A stretch of DNA of 64,000 nt from Antedon mediterranea (lineage: Eukaryota > Animalia > Echinodermata). Below, in pieces: positions 1 to 12,478 of this stretch; within the stretch, counting starts at the first letter, position 1, and every line of letters begins with the position of its first letter. The notes beneath the pieces were generated by a model. It made no database searches. It worked only from the letters and a program-made list of their open reading frames with translations, and was not told the DNA's origin. The stretch covers positions 28,414,871 to 28,478,870 of the forward strand of contig NC_092676.1 of assembly GCF_964355755.1 (NCBI RefSeq), in the 5' to 3' direction. Both the position numbers and the translations under genes were made by a program.

Positions 1-302
1 TCCAGTAAATAATATACGAATAAATAAATAGTAAGGGTATCTAAATTCTCTAGGCCACTACTTTAAGTTCCTGGTTAAAATACATCAATCAACTGACCGG
101 AACGGTTACGTTTCCGAGGCTAACAATTGAAAAATTAAACGTAAAATTGACAACAGTATGAGGCCTAGCATTTGCTTCGAATTCAGTATAAATAATCCAA
201 TGTTGTAATTAAAATGTCCAAATAATACATTCTTCATATTGTATATATATTGATTTCATGAGAATATTATCACATTATGCAAAAATGTGTAATTTATTGA
301 AG

Positions 303-400
303 AAAACTTACCAAAAACAAGAACAATATGGACACACTTTTTATTCCGGCGTTCGGTGATGAATAATATGCAAATTTCGGTTGACCTCACTTCCGGGTCA
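303..400 (-). promoter_or_regulatory. Possible first exon and promoter of a minus-strand gene running out of the window
   Basis: Minus-strand donor G|GTAAGT at ~305-311, ETS-type ACTTCCGG at 389-396 and octamer ATGCAAAT at 368-375. No coding evidence. Confidence 0.25.
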
Positions 401-1264
401 TCATTTCTAATCGATTATTATTACAGTATAGTAGCGGCCTACTTTAATAACAAAAAGTATTTTCTAATGCAACATTTCACCAATATCCGCATGAACTGGC
501 ATCCCCCTAATACTTTAATTCGTTCTATACATTTAAATTATATTTTGAAATATATTGAGTAGACAATAGTAGGGCCTATCTTGTAGATCTTAGTCTGATG
601 CGTTGTCAGGATGTTTTCCATTCAAAGCTATTGATTAAGCATGGAGTAAAGAATATTCTTTAGTAAGGTCTCTTTAAGTAAGGCCTATATTATACTGAAA
701 CGGGAAAACATGTCTTATGTTCTTATGTAGGCCTAAACGATGATAATGAATGCAATCTAGATTGATATGGTTGCCATGTTTTATGGGTTGGATTGAGTTT
801 TTTTTTTACTTCACAACAAGTAGATGAAAATATCAATACTAATCAATCATTAATTAATCAATCAATCGATATTAGGCCAATTGAGATAAACATAGTAATG
901 ATAACATACAATGATATAAAGACACAATACCAAAGATCTATATCTAAATAGCTTATATTTTATCACGATAACAAATTACATAGTGCTCGCGAACCCTGCA
1001 TGTCGTCTGTTGATAACAGCTTTGGCGCGTAATAAAGTTTGTGCACATTTTGAGCTCTAATCGATGACAAAATCTAATCTTAGTTATTGTTACATCAAGA
1101 ACAGATGTTACAGTATGCGCGCGGTCATCAGACCCGACCCGATTTAAAAATAATTCGCTTAATTTGAAAGACCCTCTCATCCTAAACAAACATCGAAGGA
1201 TTTCGCATTCACAAAGCCACCTTGGAAATACGGTACACAGTATTTTAATTACGCTGTCTTTTGT

Positions 1265-1382
1265 ACGGAAGCTTCTAAGTGCCATCCATTTGGCGACTTG
1301 TCAGGATAATTTATAATGGTCATATATTGATTATAAATTACCTTGACAAGTCGCCAAGTGGATGGCGCTTAGAAGCTTCCGT
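1265..1382. repeat. Long imperfect inverted repeat (fold-back, probably a MITE relic)
   Basis: Arm 1265-1317 (acggaagcttctaagtgccatcc...ttataat) is the near reverse complement of 1330-1382. Confidence 0.85.
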
Positions 1383-1654
1383 GCTATACGTGTTTTAAAG
1401 GACGATTCCTATTGGTCAAAGATTCACTTATGCGCCGGGAACCATAGCAAGCTGGATGTTTTCATATTCGAGCGTTTGTGACATAGCGGGACTTAACACG
1501 CGAGAAGCAGTAGGCCTAAAGGAATGTAAACACTGACACTAACGGGCACTGGGTTTGTAGGCGTGGAATATGTGGGACCTCTAAATTAGAATCCAATTCA
1601 AACCGTGGAATTATTGTATTATACTGATTTAAACGAACAATTGTCGAAGTTGTT

Positions 1655-4600
1655 ATGGCTGTAACCGGGGGATGCAATAATTGTGTGAAGTATCTTCTAT
1701 TCTTGTTCAATTTCGTTTTCTTGGTGAGTAGCCTACATTTACTCCTTCTGTTTCTCATATAGGTATTTACTGATATACAGTAAGCATTGTGTTTTGATGT
1801 GTTACAAAATGTTCTCATAATATATTTCTGTTTAAATAACTTTATGGATTTACAATTATAATTAAATTAGAAGAATTATGGATGTGAAACAATATTTCCT
1901 GGAATCTTTGTACTTTCATTATGTTGTTTATTAATCAATCGCGAGGTTGGGTAGGGGGGGGGGGGCGATATATATTTTAAAAATGTCGTCATTATAAATT
2001 AAGTTTTTATTGTAGATAATAGAACCAACATATTTAAAAAAATAAAATTACACAACGTATAGATTGTTTGAGACTGACCTATGACCTTTCAAAGACCTAA
2101 TGGTAATTAACCAGCATACATCACATGGTATCATTATGAAATTAATTGGTAATGTTTACATACGAATGTTTCAACAAAGTCGCAGTCATCACACTTTGTC
2201 GGTTAATTATTTCATAATGAATACGCTTTTCTTAAATTGATATTTAGTATAGACACAATGCGTGAGATCGTTAGGAGATAATTAAAATGTAATGTAATTA
2301 GCATAAAGGTGCACCTAAGTGCTGGCATGGGCCACTCATCACCAAAGTGCTGGCATGGGCCACTCATCACCAAAGTAAGGAGGTTACCGTATCCAGCTTG
2401 GCAGAGAGTTGCATATTCATCAGTATCCGATACATACTTTAGTAGTTAGTATATGAATATACAATACTTAAAGTTAGTAAGAATATACAATACTTAAAGT
2501 TAGTAGGAATATACGATACTTAAAGTTAGTATACAAATATACTATACTTAACTGAGTTAGTATACAAAATATACAATACTTAAAGTTAGTATACAAATAT
2601 ACAATACTTAAAGTTAGTATACAAAATATACAATACTTAAAGTTAGTATACAAATATACAATACTTAAAGTTAGTATACAAATATACTATACTTAACTGA
2701 GTTAGTATACAAAATATACTATACTTAAAGTTAGTATACAAATATACTATACTTAACTGAGTTAGTATACAAAATATACTATACTTAACTGAGTTAGTAT
2801 ACAAAATATACTATACTTAACTGAGTTAGTATACGAATATACAATACTTAAAGTTAGTATACAAATATACTATACTTAACTGAGTTAGTATACAAATATA
2901 CAATACTTAAAGTTAGTATACAAATATACTATACTTAACTGAGTTAGTATACAAAATATACTATACTTAACTGAGTTAGTATACAAAATATACTATACTT
3001 AACTGAGTTAGTATACAAAATATACTATACTTAACTGAGTTAGTATACAAAATATACAATACTTAAAGTTAGTGTACGAATAAGTTCTATACAAATATAA
3101 TACTTAAAGTTAGTATAGGGCTATGGAAACTTTATACTTAAAGTCAATATACGATATGCCTACAAATACGTACACTTAAATCAAATTATACGAATAGGCT
3201 TACTTAAAGTTAGTCTTAATGCTACTACTAATGTTAGTATCCCATCATTATTTTTAGTAAACGACTTTACTTAAAGTCAGTATACAAATGCTAGTACAAC
3301 CTAAAACGATACGATGGTGTTAGAATTAATTATCTGATTACACCATCAACATAGTTTTGAGGTAATTAAAATCATATCAACGTGACCTGATATTATACAA
3401 TACTCAAATGAAATATGTCACATCTATACAACTGTGACTATTAGAAACTAAAATAATATTTCGAATTATAAACGACGTAATTGATACTGAAGACTAGTTA
3501 AATATCTATCAGCATAATTGATAATACTGATCTGTAACTTGCACTATGCATGAAGGTAGCAGGTGCGGTACTGAAACGAATCTGAGAAATGTAACCGCCG
3601 GAATTAGTATCCGTATCATCATCATGCTAAAGCCCTGTCTGGGTCATTCTTCAGTAAGTGTCTAAAATCGTGTCCCGATACTTTGGTGGGATAGAGACTG
3701 AAAATTCATCATTAAAAAATAAAAATTCTTGACTTAAATCATAATCAACATTATTGTAAATATAATTAATTACATAAAACAAAGATAATTACATTGATAT
3801 TGTTAATTTTTATAAAAATGTTTCAGGCAACCCCCTAAAATCCTATGTCCCGATCGTACATCTTCAATTTTATGATCGCCGTATATATTTGATAACAGGA
3901 CTTTTGTTATCGAAAATATTGTAAAAAGTTAGTTAATCATGATTTCATGCGATTATTTTCTTCGAAATACATCTCTACATACATTAAATCTCAAACTTTA
4001 AAGTTTTTGTTTTGAAAAGGCTTGTCCCGCAGTTTTGTGTCATTTCCGTCACATAATTTAAATGTACCGTCTACAGTTTAATGAACGGCGGGGAAAAAAA
4101 TTGACTGTGCGTTGTAAACATACGAAGATATTGAAATTAAACTAGCCGCACATCATTTTCAATAAAAGAGGAAAAAAGCTAAAAAAACAAGGTTTTAGAA
4201 AAATTACAGCTGCGTACCTTTATTGAATGTCATATCCGAACGGTATAGAACTCATTAAATAATTATAATTTCTGTTTTTTTTCAACTGGAAGTACAAGTT
4301 ATTCACGGTATCTAGAAGTATGCAATCCGTCTCCGCTGTCAGACATGCCTACGATGTGATCCTAGGCTGTCCAATGCTAAATACATCATCTCCGTCACGG
4401 TCAGCTCCGTCACATTTCCCAATGTTTCGTTGTGACGGAGATGACGGCCCGTGACGGATATGACTTTTTGTTATTGCCAGGGCCTTTTTTTGTTGTACAT
4501 TCTGTTTTGTATATCTTTATTATGTTATTACATTGTATATCTATGTGACTCTGGTCAATAAACATAATCAAATCATATCTTAAAGTCATATCCGTCACAT

Positions 4601-7600
4601 GATTTTTTAGGTTCGTCATATCCGTCACGGTTTCATCTCCGTCACATGGATATTTTATCCTTTTAAATCCTAAAATATTTAAGTAATGAACGCAATTATG
4701 TGGTATATTGAAATATAAACAATATTCTTCTACTATGTCAATGGATAGTAATATTAGTTCAACAGAATTTTGGTAAAACATCAGTGACAGTCATACTATT
4801 TTCTGAAAATTATTATTTTTTGGAATAGTAAATGGTTTTGAACGTATAACATCATACTTATAAATGTTAAAACAATCATTTTTTGATTAATAGAGACAAA
4901 AATAATATATAGTATCAAAGAATTAATAATGGAAATAATTTTATAATTCCTGAACCGTTATTTTTTCTATCTTTGTATATTCCATAAATGTGACGGAAAT
5001 GACAGTAACATAGAACCATGTATTTATAAATACGAATAAAATACGAAATATATAATAAAGATTGCGCCAAACATACGCTTGCCATGTAATACATGTTCAT
5101 TTATCTGAATAAACTTTTAAAATTTAAAAAATGCAAATTTTAAAATCGATTTTTTATAAACCTGAAATTAGACACTTACTGAAGAATGACCCGTCTACAC
5201 TATCAAACTTTATGTTATGAAACGTGATGTGGCCATATATGGATATGATGATGTCATATCACTAACGTATTTGGGCATATCACTACCATATTTGAGCACA
5301 ACCAATTTGATAGTACAATGTAGACGGTAATAAATGCAACCTAGAACGTTCTTGCATGGGACGTTAACTATTATTTACTTTCGATTGCGCACAATATTAG
5401 ACAAATAAAACTATTGTAAGGGTATGTCCGTATTTATGATTAATTCTGTGTTATAGATTCAAGATTCAAGATTCAAGAAATTTTATTTGTCCATAAAAAT
5501 GGAAATTCACTTTGCTTGGTAGATTAAAACAACAATATTGCAACAATTTAAAAACGTGCAGTATAATAACAGATTAAAAATACAAGATAAAAAGTTAAAA
5601 ATACTGTTAACAAGGCCAACAGCCATTAAGTCGCGTGCTACAATGCATAGTGATACCGGACCGACAGACAGACCGACAGACAGACAGACAGAGAGACCGA
5701 CCGACCGACATAGTGAACTATACTGACCGAAATTACTGAACATGTTTAAAAATGTTGAAATGTTTAAAAACATTTATTTTTTTTAAATTTACACGTGCGT
5801 AGCCTGTCACTTTCGACGTGCTCGTATAACGTAATTTCGAGTTGAAAAGTAAGTCAAGAAAACAGAAATCGGGCAAAAACAGTGCGCAATAACATTTAAC
5901 GCACAGTGCGCGCGCAAACATATGCGCACTCATGGCAATTTTGTAAACGCTTAAAATTGCCTGAAATGTACTCTCATTTCTTCGAAAATAAATTTTGAAA
6001 ATGTTAAGCGCGCGTACGCATGCGTTACATGCCCTACGCACGTAATTGTATTGCCATATGATGATTTATGCCCTGAAATTTATGAGTACCAAATTTTATT
6101 TAATTGTGATTCATGGTTGTGAAGATATGATTATAAACGTGATTTCGTTAAATCGTGCGTAGACCGCGTAATTTTTTATTGCGCACCGTGAAAACATAAC
6201 CACATTGATTCCTGGCCATAAGGAATATACTGTGGAAAATTGACCTAGCTAGATTAAACTGATATCAAGATAAGGTCTTAAAGCGATAAAACGCATAGTG
6301 ATACCGGACCGACAGACAGACAGACAGACAGACAGACCGACAGACAGACCGACAGACAGACAGACAGACAGACCGACCGACCGACATAGTGAACTATAGA
6401 GTCGCTTCCACGCGACTAAAAATGTAAAACTATTAAAAATTGCATTAACGTCTTACATTAGAATTAAAAATATGAATGCTTTTACAACGGATTTTCTAGT
6501 TCTACAAAGATTTGCTCTTGGAGGTCGTAGCCTAATGCCTGATCTATTTAAGTTATAACAGTAATGTAACGGATGAGTGGGGTCTTTCATAATATTGTTT
6601 ACTTTTTTTTAGAATACTCTTTTCATAGATAAATGAACAAGGCGTTAGATCAGCTTTAATAATACGTTGTGCAATTTTACGTGGTTTCTCAATATTTTTC
6701 CTATCATTTTCAGTAAAGTTACCATAAAAACATCCAATGCTAAAAGATAAAATATTTTGAATAATACTTTGATAAAATAGAATTAAAATACTGTTATCAA
6801 CTCTAATTTGCTTGAGTTTTCTGAGAAAGTAGAGCCTTTGAGATGCCTTCTTGGAAATCATGAGAGAGTTTGACTCCCATTTTAATTTGTTGTCAATTAT
6901 AGTGCCTAAGTATTGTATTGGGTTACTCTTTCAACCTCGGTTTCTTTAATAGTTATTACATTATGTTCTGCTGCGGTTTTACGAAAATCTATTATCATCT
7001 CTTTGGTTTTAGTAATATTAAGTATTAAGTTCATATCCTCACACCAATTAACAAATCTTCCAACTTCATTAACAAATTCATTTACATTATGCTTACTATC
7101 GCAAAGAAAACCACTAATTACAGTATCGTCAGCGTATTTTACAATATTGCAATCTTTACTTAAAATATTAAAACTACTAGAATAAAAAGAGAACAAAATT
7201 GGAAAAATAACACATCCTTGAGAAGCTCCAACACTGATAGATTCTTTGTCTTATATCTATTATATAAATATTATACATCTATTATATATATAATGAGTAA
7301 ATATCTATTATGGATGTGTCATCTGCCTTTCAGTCATCACTTCTCGCGCACCTGTTTATTTTTCTCTCTCGTTTTACCTGGTGTGCTGCTTGAAACAAAA
7401 CTTTAGTGTTTATTCATCTTTCCATTTTGTTAATTTCCATCGCCTAAGAAAACAAGCATTGGAAATTAAAGATTAGATTATACTCCGTAATTAAAGTGCT
7501 CCGATGATACAGACGTATGGAAGGCAATCGCCGCCAAAATCAAACCATTTACGAAAAATTGTCATGGAGAATAAAGTTATAGGATTTCTTTCTGTTTTAT

Positions 7601-10600
7601 TTCAGTGTTTTGGTGTTGGAATCGTAGCTGTTGGACTATGGCTTCGATTTGACCACCAAAATGACATCTACGTGCAAGAGATACAAGACCATGACAGACG
7701 AGCTGTTGATTACTACTTTATTGGCACGTACGTCACCATGGCAACAGGATGCGTAATAATGGCGGTTGGTTTTCTTGGTTGCTGCGGAGCGATGCAAGAA
7801 AGCATATGTATGCTTGTTTTTGTAAGTTACTAATAATTTCATTGGTCACGTGCTTCCCAAATGTCAACATGATCTAAACCGTTAATTGAGTATCATTTTA
7901 TTTAAACAATTTCAGTATTTCATCGCTTTGTTGACCATATTTGGTTTAGAGATAGCTGGATGTACGTGGTGTTATGTCAATCGGGAAGAAATAGGAGTTA
8001 TGTTCAGTGACGAATTGAGTAAAATAATCAAAGAAAAGTACAAAGAAAACGACATTGCTGCACAAAAAGGAGTTGACCTCTTACAGGAGAAGGTGAGTTA
8101 AGATGGCGTGGTGACGTTTGTACGACGTGCCGCGCCTAATGGTGATAACTCCACGCGAAAGACCAAGCATTTTTTTAACGCGCGCGTTAGACACTGTGCC
8201 TTTTTTGCCATCTCCAATTCGTCATTTTCAATAATTGGACATCGTTTTCTAAATTCACAATATTCTTAGTAAGAATGAAAGCCATATAGTTTCAAAAATA
8301 TAAACAATGTCAAAGCAATTTCTTAGCCCGTGTATTCACAAGGAAACCCTGTGAACTTTGATACAGTAATTAACGTTGAAAGTGAACCCAGCGGGTAGTA
8401 GATGAGGCACCTGACGCCAACGATGGACTGAGGCTACAAGCAAATACCATGTTAGAGTCATTACCTACAATCTCGTCTAGGCCTACAAATACATCTTTAC
8501 GAATTCATCGTTGAACTGTAAGAGAAATATAACACTATGACCATGATGCGTGCATACAATGATACTGTATAGTATCCGAACGATTGGTTTCACTTTCAGC
8601 GCGCGTATACATTTTTTGTACGCGTGATAGAGAATAATATAGGGCTAGAACTTTTTCTAATGTCACGAATGTTTTATCATTATTTATTTATTTATTTCTC
8701 TAAATGTTATTTATATATTTGTTCTTGTTAGTTAAAGTGTTGTGGTATCGATAGCTACATGGATTGGTTTGATTCGGGTCAAATGATTCCTGATTCCTGC
8801 AGCTGCAACACAACCGAAGACAAATCAGGTTGTTCTGATAGAGGTTTTTATTTAAATGTAAGAAAATATGTGTTCTATTTGTATGTAAATCATAAGAACA
8901 GTGTATAAGTATAAGAACAAAAACGAAAATACAACTTAGTTATTTTTGTTATTTATAGAGGCCATTATATACTATATACTACAATTTCGGTCGTACGCGC
9001 ACCCTCTTACTACCGTACTGTTTATACTTATGTTTTAGGGATGTGGTAAAGAGATTGAAGAGGACGTTCTTACAAACATTTTTATCTTAGCTGGTATCGG
9101 AGTAGGAATCAGTTTCATTGAGGTATGGTAGTAGCATTCGATTCCTTTACGTAGATGTGCAGTGAAAGTATGAAACAAATTAAAAAAACGTTTTCACAAA
9201 AGTACAGTAAAATCGTATCTGTATGTGTTTTATGTTTTGATGTTCAACATCCAAACCAAGATATCACCATAAAATAGAGTCGAGAATACGTACGACGTAC
9301 ACACTTTTAACTCACATCATAGCAACGCGAAGAGAGGAGGAATATGTCGCGCGTCCGTCAGCCGTGTACCACCTACATGACGATATCCTTGGTTACGATT
9401 CCAGACGCAGTGTGGTCCAATAGAAAACGAAAATACTGCGCAGCTCCATGGTGACGAAACACGCGTACTACACAATACAAAAAGACATGACCATGGTGAC
9501 AATGTTTATTTTACATTTCACTGCGAAACTAGTAACAGTGTACTGAATTGTAAGCGTGCTTTTATAGAACCTAAAATCATGTTTGCCTTGTTATTGATTG
9601 TTAACGAACTTTTTTCTACGTTTTTGACGTACTCTGGTGCAAGTAGATACATGTAGGTATTAAAGTAGTAAATTAATAAATTGTCTTCTCCTTCACCTCA
9701 TAATGGCTTGAAATAAAAAATGTGTCGAAATAATGTTGCTTTACTGTATGATAGTAGCTTATATTAATATTATTAAATGAATGGGACAAATGTTAACTTT
9801 GATACTTTGATTTGTAGAGAACGGAACAAGTTTCCGACTGCTTCTGTCACCTTATCGCTCTGTGGCTCAAATTGGCTTACCACACCAGTTTCAGAATGGT
9901 ACTCGGAAAATGCAAGAAAATGCAGAGAACTTACGGATGAAATCGACTTGAATCGCAGCAAGGTTGAAAACCTTCAAAATAAAGCTGCCAAAGAGGAACG
10001 AGCTGCTGAACAAGATAAGAATGAAGTTGCTGACTTGGAGAAGGAACAAGAAACTCTGGTGAAAACCCACCAAGAACGAATCCAGATCTTTGAAAAACTG
10101 GAGGCAGATGTGGCGATCGTAAGAAAGAAAGCTAACATGGGTGACGCAGAACTTAACAAACAGAAGGAGTTTGCTGCCAAGTTGAAGGCAAAGGGAATGA
10201 AGAAGATGAATGAAGTCGATCAGTTGAAGGTGGAGATTGCTACCTATGAAAAACAAATGCAGAAGAGACTTCAATTGAAGAAGGAGCACGTGGGAAGACT
10301 GATGGATGCTCTCCAAACACACTGACTCCTAAAAAACTGATACAAACAAGACTATTTATTATCATTTTCTGATCGGATGCTGCAATATCTTACATATTAT
10401 TAATGTAACCAATACTTACAATTTTCATAATGCTAAAACAGTGACATAGTTTTTTTATAATAAAATATCAGCAGAATTCTACTTCTTTGTTTTAACATTG
10501 TATTATCTCTTGTGTATTTTAAATAGTGTAGATCTTTTAATAGCTTAATGATGCATAACATTTAAAATTCAATTCTCCGCGTGACGAGGGGTTTTGACTG

Positions 10601-11133
10601 CAGGACGCAACACAGGGACGTCACAACGCAAGCCAGTTGATCAATGATAAATAAAGCTCACAAACAGACCGAACAATATAATCCATCGCCTGTGATTGGT
10701 CAAAAATCACTTGCGTTGCGCTTATGTCCTTACGTTGCGTACTATGGGAATCAAGCTTAACAAAATGTACAATATTATAATGTGTAAGCCTACAATTATA
10801 TTGACGTATGTACACGTGCGCTTTCTTTGTGTTGCTATATGTAATATTTAAGTAACGTGTTTTGTTGTTGTAATGTGTTGCTTATCTGACATTATATTAC
10901 ATTTTTATTTAAATGCTTACAAAAAACAACTAATTGTATTTATTTATTTACTCTAGATTTTGGGAATGCTGTTTTCTGTTGTGCTTTGCTGTGCAATATT
11001 TAAGTCATACGACCCAGAAGACGAGGAATACCGCTATATGGCTGCTATACGTCCATTCGCCCGACGAAAACCCGAACAGAAACAATCTACACCTCATGAA
11101 ACCTCGTTTGGAATCGGTATTTTCCGGGATTGA
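1655..11133 (+). CDS. Tetraspanin (CD9/CD81-like), 6 exons, ~282 aa
   Basis: Exons 1655-1723, 7606-7821, 7916-8092, 8732-8857, 9039-9122, 10957-11133, all phase-0 GT-AG. Motifs: MAVTGGCNNCVKYLLFLFNFVFL, GLWLRFD, GFLGCCGAMQESICML, EC2 CCG...PDSC...GC, TM4 IEILGMLFSVVLCCAI. Confidence 0.93.
2317..2376. repeat. 28-bp direct tandem duplication
   Basis: aagtgctggcatgggccactcatcacca twice. Confidence 0.85.
2440..3115. repeat. Minisatellite with two unit variants (~27 and ~31-32 bp)
   Basis: Interleaved tacttaaagttagtatacaaatatac(a/t)a and tacttaactgagttagtatacaaaatatacta units. Confidence 0.92.
3641..5192. mobile_element. Non-autonomous DNA transposon (Sola2-like), 1552 bp, inserted into a MITE terminus
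   Basis: Perfect 25-bp TIR GGGTCATTCTTCAGTAAGTGTCTAA and 4-bp TSD GTCT (3637-3640 / 5193-5196). GRG ends with a 4-bp TSD match the Sola2 description. No transposase ORF. Confidence 0.8.
5456..7245 (-). mobile_element. 5'-truncated, frameshifted Rex1/Babar-type non-LTR retrotransposon, interrupted by a HINE
   Basis: RT motifs GASQGCVIFPILF, YADD, WC..MNLILNITKTKEMIIDFRK; 1-nt frameshift at Y(K)YLGTIID (~6912); then KKASQRLYFLRKL; 3' end GGACAAATAAA plus (CTTGAAT)n tail at 5456-5492. Confidence 0.9.
5609..6422 (-). mobile_element. Helentron-associated interspersed element (HINE / DINE-1-like), family A
   Basis: On the minus strand: T-run, subterminal IR AGTCGCGTG, (GTCG/GTCT)n microsatellite, partner CACGCGACT, 3' stem-loop GGCTGTTGGCC, then TTGTT. 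Related copies at 37955 and 33335. Confidence 0.75.
9579..10325 (+). CDS. Candidate nested gene in tetraspanin intron 5: coiled-coil protein, ~193 aa, 2 exons
   Basis: Open, E/K-rich, GC-elevated frame 9818-10325 after acceptor tttgtag. Phase-2-compatible upstream exon 9579-9652 (aaaatcATG...AT|GTAGGT). AATAAA at ~10459. Exon 1 is inferred. Confidence 0.6.
10588..10760. mobile_element. Degenerate copy of the TGGTTCCCACTAG-type MITE family
   Basis: gacgcaac...acgcaag / cttgcgttgcg...gggaatcaagcttaa resembles the copies at 46104 and 47275. Confidence 0.65.
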
Positions 11134-11492
11134 TCAACGGCTTACGTCATCATTGTGTATTGTGAATCCATTTTGATTGACATTTTGAAATCGAAGTTTT
11201 CCGGGAGTTGATCGACCTTTGGGACGGCAATATTCGATCGATTGTATTAACCTCGTTTCGAATCGAGGTTTTCCCGAAAATTTGAATCGATATTTCAGGA
11301 ACTGATCGATGAATGATATTATAAACAACAACTCTGACCTCATTGATTGGTTGGTTGAAATCAGTAGGCATATTTGTTTGAATTTTCGTTGTTGTCCAAG
11401 GTGGTATCGGCTACATTACCACGATATGCTATACACTGTCCATTTCTCTGAAATAATTTGGAAAAATATCATTGTGAGGAGGGGAGGGGTGG

Positions 11493-11839
11493 TTATTTTT
11501 ACTCGGGGTACCCGAGTCTAGGACTTACTCATTTTCTCCTCCTCCATCTGGACACTATTGAGTAAAAAGTGCGATTTTTAAAGTACTACTCCTCCCTTAC
11601 TAGTTGTAGTATTGAGCTGGGATTTGGCATGAATATACTACAGGGACATGTCCTCAGATCTATAGAGCCGGATTTTTAAATTTCAAACCGGATGCAGCCA
11701 TATGACGTCTCGAAGATGGTACCATATAGCCGTATTTGGTAGCGCGGTTATTGATGTGTATGTGACGTTACATCCGGTCTTATGACGTCATTGCACCTTC
11801 TTTCGCTGTACCCCGAGTATTGCACATTCGTGCTTGTTT
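11493..11839 (+). mobile_element. HINE-like element, family B
   Basis: T-run, 12-bp subTIR TACTCGGGGTAC (11500-11511) with adjacent short IR CCCGAGT, partner GTACCCCGAGTA (11808-11819), stem-loop GCACATTCGTGC, end TTGTTT. Confidence 0.7.
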
Positions 11840-12305
11840 ATATTACTTGTATACTAAAAGAGCATAAAAACAAACTGTGTTTTCTGTGTAGGGTGTTGAC
11901 TTTAAAACTAAAATATTTCTGTTGCTGTTACATTGTAGTTGTAAAATAGAATTATATATTTTGTAATTCAAGGAAGTGAACACAAAAAATAAAGGAGTTG
12001 GTGTGTCTGTTGGTTGACAAATAGTTTGATTTTGTTTCTTGTGAACTTTTCTGATTGATTTTAAATTATTAAAATACTTTTTTAATTGGCCTGTTTGTTT
12101 GCCGTCAGCCGCGGAGTTTTTTAAATCTCTGTCCACTTTTGTTATCACCAACATCAATTGATATTTTCAATTTAACATCGCACTAAAAACGTTTATGGTT
12201 TTTATTCAATAGAATGATGATTGAGATATCATAATCCTAGTTGATTGAAATAGATTGTATGCCTACCTTTTGTTGTACAGTACAATGACATCCATTAAGC
12301 AGACT

Positions 12306-12478
12306 ATTGGTGGCGCTATATATCTCATTTCAAATTTTATTGGTGGCGAATTTGAAAGTCAGACGACAAATACTTATTGTAGATTTTCACCCAAAATCTT
12401 GGCATTTTGGTACATTGTCTTATGATATTTTATTAATGAACTTGTTAAGAAACTAACAAGATTAAGATTTAGGTAAGT
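12306..12478 (+). promoter_or_regulatory. RhoGEF promoter and non-coding first exon with CCAAT and CDE/CHR-like motifs
   Basis: ATTGG at 12306 and 12339; TGGCG-AA-TTTGAA at 12344-12356; reverse TTCAAA at 12329-12334; donor AG|GTAAGT at 12472/12473. Confidence 0.55.

Noticed and set aside
4410-4781. 123-aa ORF inside the Sola2-like element as a transposase
   Set aside because: No recognisable catalytic or DNA-binding motifs; composition is that of AT-rich non-coding DNA.
9891-10322. Antisense ORFs over the coiled-coil exon, and at 12922-13209 and 17102-17443
   Set aside because: Shadow frames of plus-strand coding sequence.
9818-10325. Coiled-coil exon as an alternative in-frame tetraspanin 3' exon
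   Set aside because: Phase mismatch with exon 5 (phase 0 versus 2 or 1).
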